From contig JAJZPO010000001.1 in assembly GCA_021811155.1 (NCBI GenBank), forward strand, positions 1,683 to 65,682: a stretch of DNA of 64,000 nt, in the 5' to 3' direction. Below the pieces are notes generated by a model. The model saw nothing but the letters and a program-made list of their open reading frames with translations, made no database searches and was not told the DNA's origin. Position numbers and translations under genes: made by a program. Source of the DNA: Bacillota bacterium. Its GTDB lineage: Bacteria; Bacillota; Desulfitobacteriia; Desulfitobacteriales; JAJXUE01. This document shows, one piece after another, positions 17,853-26,264 of the stretch; within the stretch, counting starts at the first letter, position 1, and each line of letters opens with the position of its first letter.

Positions 17853-17903
17853 TATATATCGATGAGGAAACGGTAGCCTATGCCTTCCGGATGGATGTCA
17901 ATT

Positions 17904-17952
17904 GCGAGAACACATGTGCCCCGCTTGTTTGGCGGGGCACATGTGTTCTCGC
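17904..17952. terminator. Bidirectional terminator hairpin (21-bp perfect stem)
   Basis: GCGAGAACACATGTGCCCCGC (17904-17924), loop TTGTTTG, GCGGGGCACATGTGTTCTCGC (17932-17952). Located between the convergent ugd and RND genes. Confidence 0.75.
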
Positions 17953-17968
17953 TGCAGCGAGGCTCGAC

Positions 17969-20900
17969 TCACTTGGCTGAATCTGGGATGGATTGGGCTT
18001 TAGGGGCACGGGAGAAGACACGGCTGCGCACCGCGTCTAATACCTGGTAGGCTACCGGTACGATGAGCAGGGTGAGCAAGGTGGAGGTGGTGAGACCGGA
18101 GATTACCACCACTGCCATGGAGCGGGATATGAGCCCGCCCTCGTGGGAAACAGCCAAAGGCAGGAGGGCGCCTACGGTGGCTACGGCGGTCATCAGAATG
18201 GGCCTGAGCCGGGTGACCCCTGCTTCCACCAGAGCATCTTTCATAGCCAGGCCCTGCTTGCGGTTTTTGAGCGCCCGGTCCATCAAGACGATGGCATTGG
18301 TCACCACGATGCCGATGAGCATCAGGAAGCCCACCAGGGCGGGCATGCCCAGAGCCTCGCCGGAAAGGTACAGGCCGATCAGCCCGCCGGTAAAGATAAA
18401 GGGCAGGGAGAAGAGAATGGCGATGGGGGCCAGCATTTCGCCGAAGGCTACCATCATCACGGCGTAGACCATGAAGATTGCCGCGACCATGGCAAAAATC
18501 ATGTTCTTGAAGCCGTCGGACATGGCCTTGGACTCACCTTCGTAGTAATAGCTGACACCTTGAGGCAGGTTCAGAGCTTTGATGCGGGCGTCAACGTCTT
18601 TCTGCACGCCGGAAGAGTTGTCGGTGGTGAAGCGGCCTGTGACCGAGATGTATTCCTGCTGGTTCAGGCGCTGAATCGAAGTGGGGCCGGGCTTCTCGTC
18701 GATTTTTGCCACATCGGACAGCTTTACCTGACCGCCGGTCATGTTGGCGATTGTCTGGCTGCGGATAACGTCCAGGCTGTTGAGAGCTCCGGTTTTCAAA
18801 CCCAGGTTCACCGGGGTGGTGCGGCCGTCCAGGGTAACGTCCATCACATCGTCGCCGTTGATCATCTGGCGCACGGCCAGGGCTACCATGGCCGGGTTAA
18901 GGCCGTTTTTGGCCGCGGCATCCGGTTTGACATCGATGGAGAGCTGAGGTTTTACCGCGGACAGGTTGGTTTTCACGTTGGCGAGCCCGGGGACGGTCTT
19001 GATGGCGTTAACCATCTTGTCGCCGGCTTCCTTCAGAGCGTTAAGATCCGGGCCGTTGACCACGATGAACAGGCCGCCGTAGCCGGTCATTCCCAGGGGG
19101 GAGAGGGCGGTTTGCACATCCGGGCCCAGGCTGTTTGTTATCTGCTGCATATCCTGTTCGAATTTTTTCGTTTGATCCAGGGTAACGTTGGGATCCAACT
19201 CGATGCCGATTCTTAAATTCTCGCCGTTAACGCTGGTCTGGTAGCTTTTCATCCCGGGGTAATTGCGCAGGGACTGTTCGATCTTGGCGGCTGCCTGGTT
19301 GGTCTTTTCCGTAGCGGTGCCTACGGGCATGGTTGCAGTTAGGGAGTAGGACACTGTTTTCTCGGAAGGCAGGAAGTTTTGGGGAATCCTGGAGACCAGG
19401 GCCAGGGATGCGCCAAAGACCAGGAGGGACAGGGCGGCGATAACCAGCTTGTGCCTGAGGGACCAGTTGAGTACGGTGCGGTAGGTGCGCTGCAATATGT
19501 TCTCTCCTGCCTCCCGGTGCCTGATGCCCAGGAGAAAGAGGCGGGCAAGCAGAGGGACGACGGAAATCGCCACCAGGAGAGAGAAGACCAATGAAACCAC
19601 TACGGTGACTCCAAAGGGGGCGAAGAATTTGCCTACAATCCCCGGCACGAAGGAGAGGGGACCAAAGACGGCCACGGTGGTGATGGTGGAGGAGGTAACA
19701 GCGGGGGACACTTCCTTGGCTGCCCTGAGCACCAGGTCCAGGGAACGCTCCTCGCTGGTGCGGACGTGGCGGTAAATATTCTCCATCACCACGATGGAGT
19801 CGTCCACAACCCGGCCTACGGCAACGGCGATGCCCGCCAGGGTCATGATATTCAGGCTGTAATCCAGCCAGTAAAGCACCATCATGGAAGCGAAAATTGA
19901 CAAGGGTATGGAAAGTATGGCCACCAGGGTGGAACGCCAGTTGCGCAGGAAGAGGAAGGTGACCAGCATGGCGAAGAGGGCGCCGAGGAGGGCTTCGCGC
20001 AGCATAACGTCAACGGATTTTTTGATCTGGACTGAGTTGTCCTGGAGCTTAGCCAGGTGATAGCCGGCGGGGAGATTGATTCCCGCCAGCTTGGCGTTGA
20101 TGTCATTCACTGCTTCTACCGTGTTCGTGCCGGCCTGGGTAAAGATGTCCGTCACCACGGCCGGTTCCCCGTTCAGGCGGGTGATGACCGTATCTTTGTC
20201 AGGCGCGTAGGACACAGTGGCGATGTCCGAGAGCTTGATGGTGCGGATCTTCAGGGCGGGGGCGGCTGAGACATCGCCGCTTCGCTTCGGAGCGGAGGTG
20301 CCGGAGAGGCTTTGCAGGGCTGAGGCCGTATCCCCGCCGGAAGCGTTGACCTGGTCCTGGAGCTGGGTGAGCTGGGTCTGCAAACCGCTTAGCTGGGCTT
20401 GTTCAGCGGCGATCTTTTGGTTTTGGACTGCGATCTGCTGCTGCAGGGCTGCCGCTGCGGTTTGGTCTGTGGTGCTTTGCAGGGCTGTGCCGAGGGCTTG
20501 CAGTTTTGACTGGTCGGCCAAGAGGGTCATAGAAAGGCCGTTGATGCCCTGGATGAGCTGGATCTGGCCCTGCAAAAGCATCTGGCCCTTGGTCAGGCTG
20601 CCTACCCCCTGGCCCAGCTTGCCCAGGGAGGAGCCGAGGGAGCTGAAGCCGTCCCCGACGCTCTTAAAGGCATCGGTGAGGCTGCTCATGTCCTGGTCTA
20701 TTACCACCAACTCCAGGTTTTTGGCGTCATCCAGGGAATGGATTTTTTTGCCCACTTCCACGTTCAGGCCTTTGTCTGCCAGGGTGACCTGTCCGGCGGG
20801 AATGGAGATGTTATTGGCCTGGAGCGCCTGTTTGATTTTATCCAGGCTGAGGTTATACTCTTTCATTTTGTCGGGGTCAACCCGTATGTACAGCTTCTTC

Positions 20901-21436
20901 TCGGACTGGCCCTGTACTTCCACATTGGAAATTCCAGGGGCGGAGGCGAGAGCCGGTTTGATGTGGTCTTCGACATACTGCTGGATGCTGGCCTGGTCGG
21001 TGTTGGCCGTAATGCCGAAGGAGTAAATGGCCTCGGCGTTGGGTCCCTGCTTGGAAATCTGCGGCTTTTGGGCCCCCTCAGGCAGCTTTAGCCCGGCCAG
21101 GGCGCTCGTGACATCTTTCTCCGCGTCGCTCATGGACTGTTTCATGTCAAATTCCAAAGTGGCGGCAACATAGTTGCTGCCTGAGGTAACGTAAAGGTTC
21201 TTTAGGTTATTGATGCCCGACAGGGCCTGTTCCAGGGGTTTGCCCACGTCATCCAGGGCCTGATGGGGGTTGGCGCCTGGATAAAGCACCACAACAGACA
21301 AATAGGGAATATCCACGTTGGGCATATTCTCCTGCTTCATGTTCAGAACCGAGTAGACTCCCCCGGCCAGAATCATCAGCATGGCCAGGAAAATTACCCC
21401 GGCGTTTTGCATCGAAAATTTGATCCACCTATTCAT
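17969..21436 (-). CDS. RND-superfamily efflux transporter (AcrB/SwrC-like) with ~150-aa Q-rich coiled-coil insertion
   Basis: 12-TM RND architecture. MNRWIKFSMQNAGVIFLAMLM start sits behind GGGAGGAAAAGGA, so ATG is at 21436; the first 23 track codons are discarded. The insert is encoded at 20249-20695. Confidence 0.85.
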   Translation of the reverse strand: MNRWIKFSMQNAGVIFLAMLMILAGGVYSVLNMKQENMPNVDIPYLSVVVLYPGANPHQALDDVGKPLEQALSGINNLKNLYVTSGSNYVAATLEFDMKQSMSDAEKDVTSALAGLKLPEGAQKPQISKQGPNAEAIYSFGITANTDQASIQQYVEDHIKPALASAPGISNVEVQGQSEKKLYIRVDPDKMKEYNLSLDKIKQALQANNISIPAGQVTLADKGLNVEVGKKIHSLDDAKNLELVVIDQDMSSLTDAFKSVGDGFSSLGSSLGKLGQGVGSLTKGQMLLQGQIQLIQGINGLSMTLLADQSKLQALGTALQSTTDQTAAAALQQQIAVQNQKIAAEQAQLSGLQTQLTQLQDQVNASGGDTASALQSLSGTSAPKRSGDVSAAPALKIRTIKLSDIATVSYAPDKDTVITRLNGEPAVVTDIFTQAGTNTVEAVNDINAKLAGINLPAGYHLAKLQDNSVQIKKSVDVMLREALLGALFAMLVTFLFLRNWRSTLVAILSIPLSIFASMMVLYWLDYSLNIMTLAGIAVAVGRVVDDSIVVMENIYRHVRTSEERSLDLVLRAAKEVSPAVTSSTITTVAVFGPLSFVPGIVGKFFAPFGVTVVVSLVFSLLVAISVVPLLARLFLLGIRHREAGENILQRTYRTVLNWSLRHKLVIAALSLLVFGASLALVSRIPQNFLPSEKTVSYSLTATMPVGTATEKTNQAAAKIEQSLRNYPGMKSYQTSVNGENLRIGIELDPNVTLDQTKKFEQDMQQITNSLGPDVQTALSPLGMTGYGGLFIVVNGPDLNALKEAGDKMVNAIKTVPGLANVKTNLSAVKPQLSIDVKPDAAAKNGLNPAMVALAVRQMINGDDVMDVTLDGRTTPVNLGLKTGALNSLDVIRSQTIANMTGGQVKLSDVAKIDEKPGPTSIQRLNQQEYISVTGRFTTDNSSGVQKDVDARIKALNLPQGVSYYYEGESKAMSDGFKNMIFAMVAAIFMVYAVMMVAFGEMLAPIAILFSLPFIFTGGLIGLYLSGEALGMPALVGFLMLIGIVVTNAIVLMDRALKNRKQGLAMKDALVEAGVTRLRPILMTAVATVGALLPLAVSHEGGLISRSMAVVVISGLTTSTLLTLLIVPVAYQVLDAVRSRVFSRAPKAQSIPDSAK

Positions 21437-21569
21437 TCCTTTTCCTCCCAAACCACTTTCTTGCTTCACCAAGGGTATTACGCAACATGCCGCCGGATGT
21501 TCCACCTAGCGCCTGCAAATTATAGCTTATGCATTGTGTGCTTACCACAGTATATTATATCATGAGCTT

Positions 21570-21598
21570 GAGGAATTCAGGAGTCAGAAGTCAGAATA
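21570..21598 (+). repeat. Heptamer array (GAGGAATTCAGGAGTCAGAAGTCAGAATA)
   Basis: Period-7 units read directly in the RND/P-loop divergent spacer. Confidence 0.8.
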
Positions 21599-21650
21599 GG
21601 ACAAAGGGGACGGTTCCGTTGGACAAAGGGGACGGTTCCGTTTGTCCTAG
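21599..21650 (+). repeat. Tandem pair of conserved-core hairpin repeats (GGACAAA-stem type)
   Basis: GGACAAAGGGGACGGTTCCGTT occurs twice, followed by TGTCCTAG. Cores at 21606 and 21628. Confidence 0.85.
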
Positions 21651-21748
21651 TGGGATTCACGCTATATGTGACCATCAGCCAGTTGAGGTTCCGGGTTGAA
21701 GCAAGAACCGTCACCAGACACGCTAAGCATATCTGTATCGACACCATT

Positions 21749-21783
21749 TGCTAGGACGTTTAGAACCGTCCCCGTTGTCCTAG
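21749..21783 (-). repeat. Conserved-core hairpin repeat (CTAGGAC-stem type), inverted orientation
   Basis: TTGCTAGGACGTTTAGAACCGTCCCCGTTGTCCTAGA is the reverse complement of the 1305/4752 type. Core at 21762-21773. Confidence 0.85.
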
Positions 21784-21886
21784 AATCTTGAAGCTCTCCA
21801 TTTCAATGGAGAGTAGTTCACTTGTGCATAAGTTGGAAAAGGGCTACAATGAATAGAGAATTTTCCCTCAGGTAAAGCTAGTCGAG

Positions 21887-22849
21887 GTGAGGCCGGTGCT
21901 GTTAAATGTAGTGCATGAATACCTGATGCAGGCGGTTTATTTTGCTCCCAGGGGAAGAGTGAGGCTCCTGGCCTTGGGGCATAACCTGTCCCAGCGTTAT
22001 TTAAGCCCGGACGACAACATGATAGGTTTCATCGGGGAGGCTGGAGCGGGTAAATCCCTGCTCATCCGCGGCATGTTCCCCGGACTGGAACTAACCAACG
22101 ATGACGACGGGATCAATGTGCGGCCGCTGCCTTTGATTGGGGACGCTGAAAAAGAGCACTTTCGCACCCATACCTATCACCTCGATGCCCGGTTCGAACT
22201 GGCCTTTACCCAGCCCTGGATTGTGGCTGAGGCGGTGCAGAAGGCCTTGGCCAAAAACCGGCGGGTAATCATCGAACACTTTGATCTCCTCTATCCTTTC
22301 CTTAATATGAATGCCCAGGTGATGATCGGTGTGGGCGAGGAGGTCATCGTCACCAGACCTACGGTCTATGGGCCGGAACCCGAGGAACTTGCCGGCATTG
22401 TCTTCCGCTCCATCAAGTACAGGCGCATGGCCCACAGCGCGGAGGATATCACGAGCATGATCCTGGAGGAAATGGGACTGAAGCGACCCGAGGTCCATAG
22501 TGACATCAAACACGGGTTTGTGCTGGAATTCCGGGAAAAGCCTGACATCGACCTGGAACTGGTGGAACGGCGCGTCAACGAAATAGTCCGGCAGGACCTG
22601 CAGATTTGCTACAGTGACGACGAACACATCCGGGTTGGGGAAAATATTTATGGGTGTACCGGCCCGAGGATCCATGTCAAGCGGACCAGTGAGATAACAG
22701 AGTTTAAACTGCTCAAAGACTTTCGCTGGGACCCGCTGCAAAAACTTTACACTCTGGCCGGGGTGGTAGGAGATCCTGCCGCAGGGTCTCCGGCTAACAG
22801 CCTGGCGGATTATTCAGGCAAAGGGGGCGGTATTGTTGAACAGAAGTGA
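21887..22849 (+). CDS. Hypothetical protein with Walker A P-loop
   Basis: 320-aa ORF with GEAGAGKS followed by an acidic LTNDDDG stretch. No family recognised by eye. The start codon is uncertain (GTG 21887). Confidence 0.55.
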   Translation: MRPVLLNVVHEYLMQAVYFAPRGRVRLLALGHNLSQRYLSPDDNMIGFIGEAGAGKSLLIRGMFPGLELTNDDDGINVRPLPLIGDAEKEHFRTHTYHLDARFELAFTQPWIVAEAVQKALAKNRRVIIEHFDLLYPFLNMNAQVMIGVGEEVIVTRPTVYGPEPEELAGIVFRSIKYRRMAHSAEDITSMILEEMGLKRPEVHSDIKHGFVLEFREKPDIDLELVERRVNEIVRQDLQICYSDDEHIRVGENIYGCTGPRIHVKRTSEITEFKLLKDFRWDPLQKLYTLAGVVGDPAAGSPANSLADYSGKGGGIVEQK

Positions 22850-23570
22850 TGGACGGCAGCCGGATGAGCTGCGTCCGGTAATCATAACCAAGGGTTTTCT
22901 GGCATACCCCGAGGGTTCGGTCCTGATCGAAGTGGGCCGGACCAGGGTAATCTGCGCCGCAACAGTGGAGGAGAAGGTTCCTCCGTTCCAAAAAGGGAGC
23001 GGCCAGGGCTGGGTCACCGCTGAATACTCCATGCTGCCAAGAGCGACAGCCGTTCGTACCGCAAGGGAAGCTACCAGGGGCAAGGTCACCGGACGGACAA
23101 TGGAGATTCAGCGGCTCATCGGCAGGGCACTGCGCTCGGTAGTGGATTTGAAGGCTTTGGGTGAGCGGACTATCCAACTGGACTGCGATGTGATTCAGGC
23201 TGACGGCGGGACCAGGACGGCGTCAATTACCGGAGCCTATGTGGCCCTGGCGGAAGCCCTGACAAAGCTGAAAAACAACGGCTCGATCAGCCGCATCCCC
23301 CTCATTGACAGCCTTGCTGCCGTGAGTGTGGGAATCGTGGAGGGGGCACAGCTTTTGGACCTGTGCTATGAGGAGGATTCCCAGGCTCAGGTGGACATGA
23401 ACGTGGTGATGACCGGTTCGGGCAAACTGGTGGAGGTCCAGGGGACGGCGGAAGGGCATCCCTTTACCCGGGAGGAAATGAACAACTTGATGGATATTGC
23501 TTTTAAGGGGATTCGCGAACTGGCCGGGTACCAGAGCGGGACGCTGGGCTGGGAGCCCAAAACAACGTAG
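22833..23570 (+). CDS. rph: Ribonuclease PH
   Basis: [11 protein letters not shown]...[26 protein letters not shown]...[14 protein letters not shown] is the canonical RNase PH sequence. TTG start behind GGGGG. Confidence 0.92.
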   Translation: MLNRSDGRQPDELRPVIITKGFLAYPEGSVLIEVGRTRVICAATVEEKVPPFQKGSGQGWVTAEYSMLPRATAVRTAREATRGKVTGRTMEIQRLIGRALRSVVDLKALGERTIQLDCDVIQADGGTRTASITGAYVALAEALTKLKNNGSISRIPLIDSLAAVSVGIVEGAQLLDLCYEEDSQAQVDMNVVMTGSGKLVEVQGTAEGHPFTREEMNNLMDIAFKGIRELAGYQSGTLGWEPKTT

Positions 23571-23580
23571 GGGGTCAGCA

Positions 23581-24174
23581 GTGGACATTTTGTTAGCGAC
23601 AAACAACCAGGGGAAAGTACAGGAACTGGTGAGATTGCTGGGTGATTTGCCCTTCAACGTGCGGTCCCTGCGCGACTTCCCTGAGGTAGGGGAGATAGAA
23701 GAAGACGGGGAGAGCTTCGCTGAAAACGCCTTGATCAAAGCCAGGGCGGGGGCCGGCGCCACGGGCCTCCTGACTTTGGCGGATGACTCGGGCCTTGAGG
23801 TGGATGTGCTGGAGGGCGAGCCGGGCGTACGCTCCGCCCGCTTTGCCGGCGAACCGAAAGATGACAGCCGCAACAACGCCAAACTGCTGGAACTGCTGCA
23901 AGACATCCCTCTCAACCGCCGGACGGCCAGGTTCAAGTCCGTAATCGCCCTGGCCACACCGGAAGGTGAGGAGCATCTGACAGAGGGGACATGCGAAGGC
24001 TTGATTGGCCTTCAGCCCAGGGGCCAGGGCGGCTTTGGCTACGATCCGCTTTTTTACGTGCCTGAATATGACAAGACCTTTGCGGAACTAAGCCTGGAAG
24101 AAAAGAACGCCATCAGCCACCGCGGCAAAGCCCTGCGGGCTGCCGCTGCCATGCTGGAAAGGCTGGACCAATAG
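23581..24174 (+). CDS. rdgB: dITP/XTP pyrophosphatase (RdgB/HAM1 family)
   Basis: VDILLATNNQGKVQEL...GFGYDPLFYVPEYDKTFAEL...KNAISHRGKAL. SD AGGGGG then GTG 23581. The upstream part of the track ORF overlaps rph and is discarded. Confidence 0.9.
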   Translation: MDILLATNNQGKVQELVRLLGDLPFNVRSLRDFPEVGEIEEDGESFAENALIKARAGAGATGLLTLADDSGLEVDVLEGEPGVRSARFAGEPKDDSRNNAKLLELLQDIPLNRRTARFKSVIALATPEGEEHLTEGTCEGLIGLQPRGQGGFGYDPLFYVPEYDKTFAELSLEEKNAISHRGKALRAAAAMLERLDQ

Positions 24175-24225
24175 ACTCAGGGGTCGGAACTCGGGGGTCA
24201 GAACTCAGAACTCAGGAGTCAGAAT
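24175..24225 (+). repeat. Heptamer array, 7 units (TCAGGGG TCGGAAC TCGGGGG TCAGAAC TCAGAAC TCAGGAG TCAGAAT)
   Basis: Starts at the first nt after the rdgB stop codon. Period 7 read directly. Confidence 0.85.
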
Positions 24226-24266
24226 AATTCTTTGCCATGTATTCCTCAGTTATGCCCTCGTGAAAC

Positions 24267-24300
24267 AGGCCCTGCGCCACTTGGTTGTGGTGCAGGGCCT
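24267..24300. terminator. Bidirectional terminator hairpin
   Basis: AGGCCCTGCGCCAC, loop TTGGTT, GTGGTGCAGGGCCT (14 bp with one G-U pair). Located between convergent genes and followed by TTCTGTT. Confidence 0.65.
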
Positions 24301-24315
24301 TTCTGTTACTAAAAT

Positions 24316-24636
24316 TTACTTGCGCTTGACTTCGTTCAGGTAGATGACTTTTCCCTTGTCCCTTGAGCGGGAGGCGGCAGCGGGTTCGCTCTTTGTCTTC
24401 TTTTGCTGCCGCAGGGCTTTCTGGTACTTGTTAGTTTCGTCCCGTTTTTTTGAGGGGGCGAATTTATTGTACAGCCACCACAGGGCAAAAAGAATTACCC
24501 CGCCGATAGCTACCTTCGGTGCGGCGCCTGAGGCAAAGAGACTCGTGATGAAGGACAGAGCAATCAAGGCAGCCAGGATGATGCCAAGGGCCCCGGGGCT
24601 GCCAGGGAATTGATCTGATTTGCGCGGGTTGAACAT
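24316..24636 (-). CDS. Small membrane protein (2 TM helices, basic C-terminus), hypothetical
   Basis: MFNPRKSDQF... start sits behind GGAGGGAG. Two hydrophobic helices then a K/R-rich tail. The upstream 39 track codons have no RBS. Confidence 0.55.
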   Translation of the reverse strand: MFNPRKSDQFPGSPGALGIILAALIALSFITSLFASGAAPKVAIGGVILFALWWLYNKFAPSKKRDETNKYQKALRQQKKTKSEPAAASRSRDKGKVIYLNEVKRK

Positions 24637-24842
24637 CGGCCTCTCCCTCCTAATACTATTGTAACCTACGGGACAGGAAATAGACCAGGGAATTTTCCGC
24701 AACTTATCGACTCTCTTTTCACATGCTGCCTGGGCTCCGGGGAACCTCCTCAAGCGCCCGTTTTGCTGCAGTGAGGATCTTTTGTCACTTGGGGATGGTT
24801 CTGTGCTGACTCACTATTATGGAGCCGAAGCCGCTCAAGGGC

Positions 24843-25598
24843 CTATTCAAGGCTCTGCCTGTAGCCCGCTGCGAGCTCCCGGTTGACCTCAAGCACCTTC
24901 TCATTGATGCCGTAGAAGGAGTACCCGGCTTTGACCGGCGGAAGTTTGTCCGCGGCGGCCTGGGTGGTGATGACCTGCCCCGCCGGAACATAGCGGCCGG
25001 GCGGGACGGTTACGCCGATAATGCGGGCCCCCGGCTCGAGCACAGCGCCGCTGCCAATGCGGGATTTAAACACGAAAGCCTGCATGCCCACAAACACGTT
25101 GTCTTCAATAAGAGCGGGACCATGGACCTGGGACTGGTGAGCGAGGGAGACGTCCCTGCCGATGTAGACAGCAAAGGCTTTGCCGTCTTTTTCAACCAGG
25201 TTTTCTTTAACGGGCTGCCCGTTTTTTTCTGTCTCCAGGGCGTGGATTACCACTCCGTCCTGGATGTTGCAGCCGCTCCCTACATAAATGGGGCCCCCTT
25301 CATCCCCGCGCACGGAGGCAAAGGGACCGATGAGGACATTATCCCCGATTTGCACATGCCCGATTACGGCGGCACCGGGGTGGACGTAGGCTGAAGCGCT
25401 GACCTCTGGGACCCTGACCCTTGAGTTAAAGCTGGTCGCTACATTCGGCTCCAGGTTGGCCGCCTGGAATGCAGCTGCCTGGGCGCCGGCGGGGGTGTCT
25501 TCTGTTTTGTTGGACTCTGTGCCAAAGTAACTTGAGCTACAGCCGCCGACATTTAGCAAACTTAGAAATAAAAATAAGACAATGATTTTTCTAAACAA
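24843..25598 (-). CDS. Gamma-class carbonic anhydrase, Cam type, with lipoprotein signal peptide
   Basis: Left-handed beta-helix protein. SNVQDGVVIHALET...YIGRDVSLAHQSQVHGPA...GMQAFVFKS closely follows Methanosarcina thermophila Cam. The N-terminus MFRKIIVLFLFLSLLNVGGCSS has a lipobox. TTG start behind GGAGG. Confidence 0.85.
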   Translation of the reverse strand: MFRKIIVLFLFLSLLNVGGCSSSYFGTESNKTEDTPAGAQAAAFQAANLEPNVATSFNSRVRVPEVSASAYVHPGAAVIGHVQIGDNVLIGPFASVRGDEGGPIYVGSGCNIQDGVVIHALETEKNGQPVKENLVEKDGKAFAVYIGRDVSLAHQSQVHGPALIEDNVFVGMQAFVFKSRIGSGAVLEPGARIIGVTVPPGRYVPAGQVITTQAAADKLPPVKAGYSFYGINEKVLEVNRELAAGYRQSLE

Positions 25599-25830
25599 AT
25601 ACCAAGCCTCCAGACCTAAAATATTTTGTTATCTGAGGAAAATTAAGTCAGCGTTTTGCAAACGCCAATATTGTTTCCGTGTTTTCCGGTTGATATCCGC
25701 TTTTACAGGTAAAGACTGCAAGTTGACAATCCTGCTGCTTTGCAGTTAATATTAAATGTGCTCCAAAAAATAATCTGAAACAAGATGACCAGACATAGCT
25801 ATTGTTAGTTCCGGCCCCGGTTCTTTCCTA

Positions 25831-25859
25831 TTGACTGGCACATGGTTTTAAGCTATACT
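25831..25859 (+). promoter_or_regulatory. Sigma-A-type promoter for the tRNA cluster
   Basis: TTGACT (25831-25836), 17 nt, TATACT (25854-25859). It lies 17 nt upstream of tRNA-Pro. A second candidate is TTGACA 25723-25728 / TAATAT 25747-25752. Confidence 0.6.
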
Positions 25860-25875
25860 ATTTCTTGTCGCTGAG

Positions 25876-25952
25876 CGGGGTATAGCGCAGTTTGGTAGCG
25901 CGCCTGCCTTGGGAGCAGGAGGCCGGGGGTTCAAATCCCTCTGCCCCGACCA
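25876..25952 (+). tRNA. tRNA-Pro (anticodon UGG)
   Basis: CGGGGTA/TGCCCCG acceptor stem, anticodon loop CTTGGGA, GGTTCAAATCC T-arm, encoded CCA. Confidence 0.95.
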
Positions 25953-25961
25953 TAACTCGAT

Positions 25962-25996
25962 GTTCGAAGTTTGAGGTTCGAGGTTCGATTTAGAAT
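25962..25996. repeat. Heptamer array (GTTCGAA GTTTGAG GTTCGAG GTTCGAT TTAGAAT) in the tRNA spacer
   Basis: Period-7 units. Reverse complement of the 254-283 array. Ends in AGAAT like the GAGTCAG arrays. Confidence 0.8.
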
Positions 25997-26059
25997 AATA
26001 GATTTTGAGCCTGGTATCCTCAGGGTTTGTAGCTTCGGAGAGAGTTTTCCCGTTGATGA

Positions 26060-26136
26060 GCGCCTGTAGCTCAGTTGGATAGAGCATCTGCCTTCTAAGC
26101 AGGTTGTCGGGAGTTCGAATCTCTCCAGGCGCGCCA
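26060..26136 (+). tRNA. tRNA-Arg (anticodon UCU)
   Basis: GCGCCTG/CAGGCGC acceptor stem, anticodon loop CTTCTAA, GAGTTCGAATCTC T-arm, encoded CCA. Confidence 0.95.
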
Positions 26137-26145
26137 AAACAATAT

Positions 26146-26222
26146 GGTGGATGTGGCGAAGTGGTTAACGCACCGGATTGTGGTTCCGGCATTCGGGGGT
26201 TCGAAACCCCTCATCCACCCCA
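26146..26222 (+). tRNA. tRNA-His (anticodon GUG)
   Basis: Extra 5' G(-1) paired to the discriminator C, anticodon loop TTGTGGT, GGTTCGAAACC T-arm, encoded CCA. Confidence 0.95.
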
Positions 26223-26264
26223 TTCGCGTATAAATGGTTAGCGTTTTGCTAACCGTAATTATAT

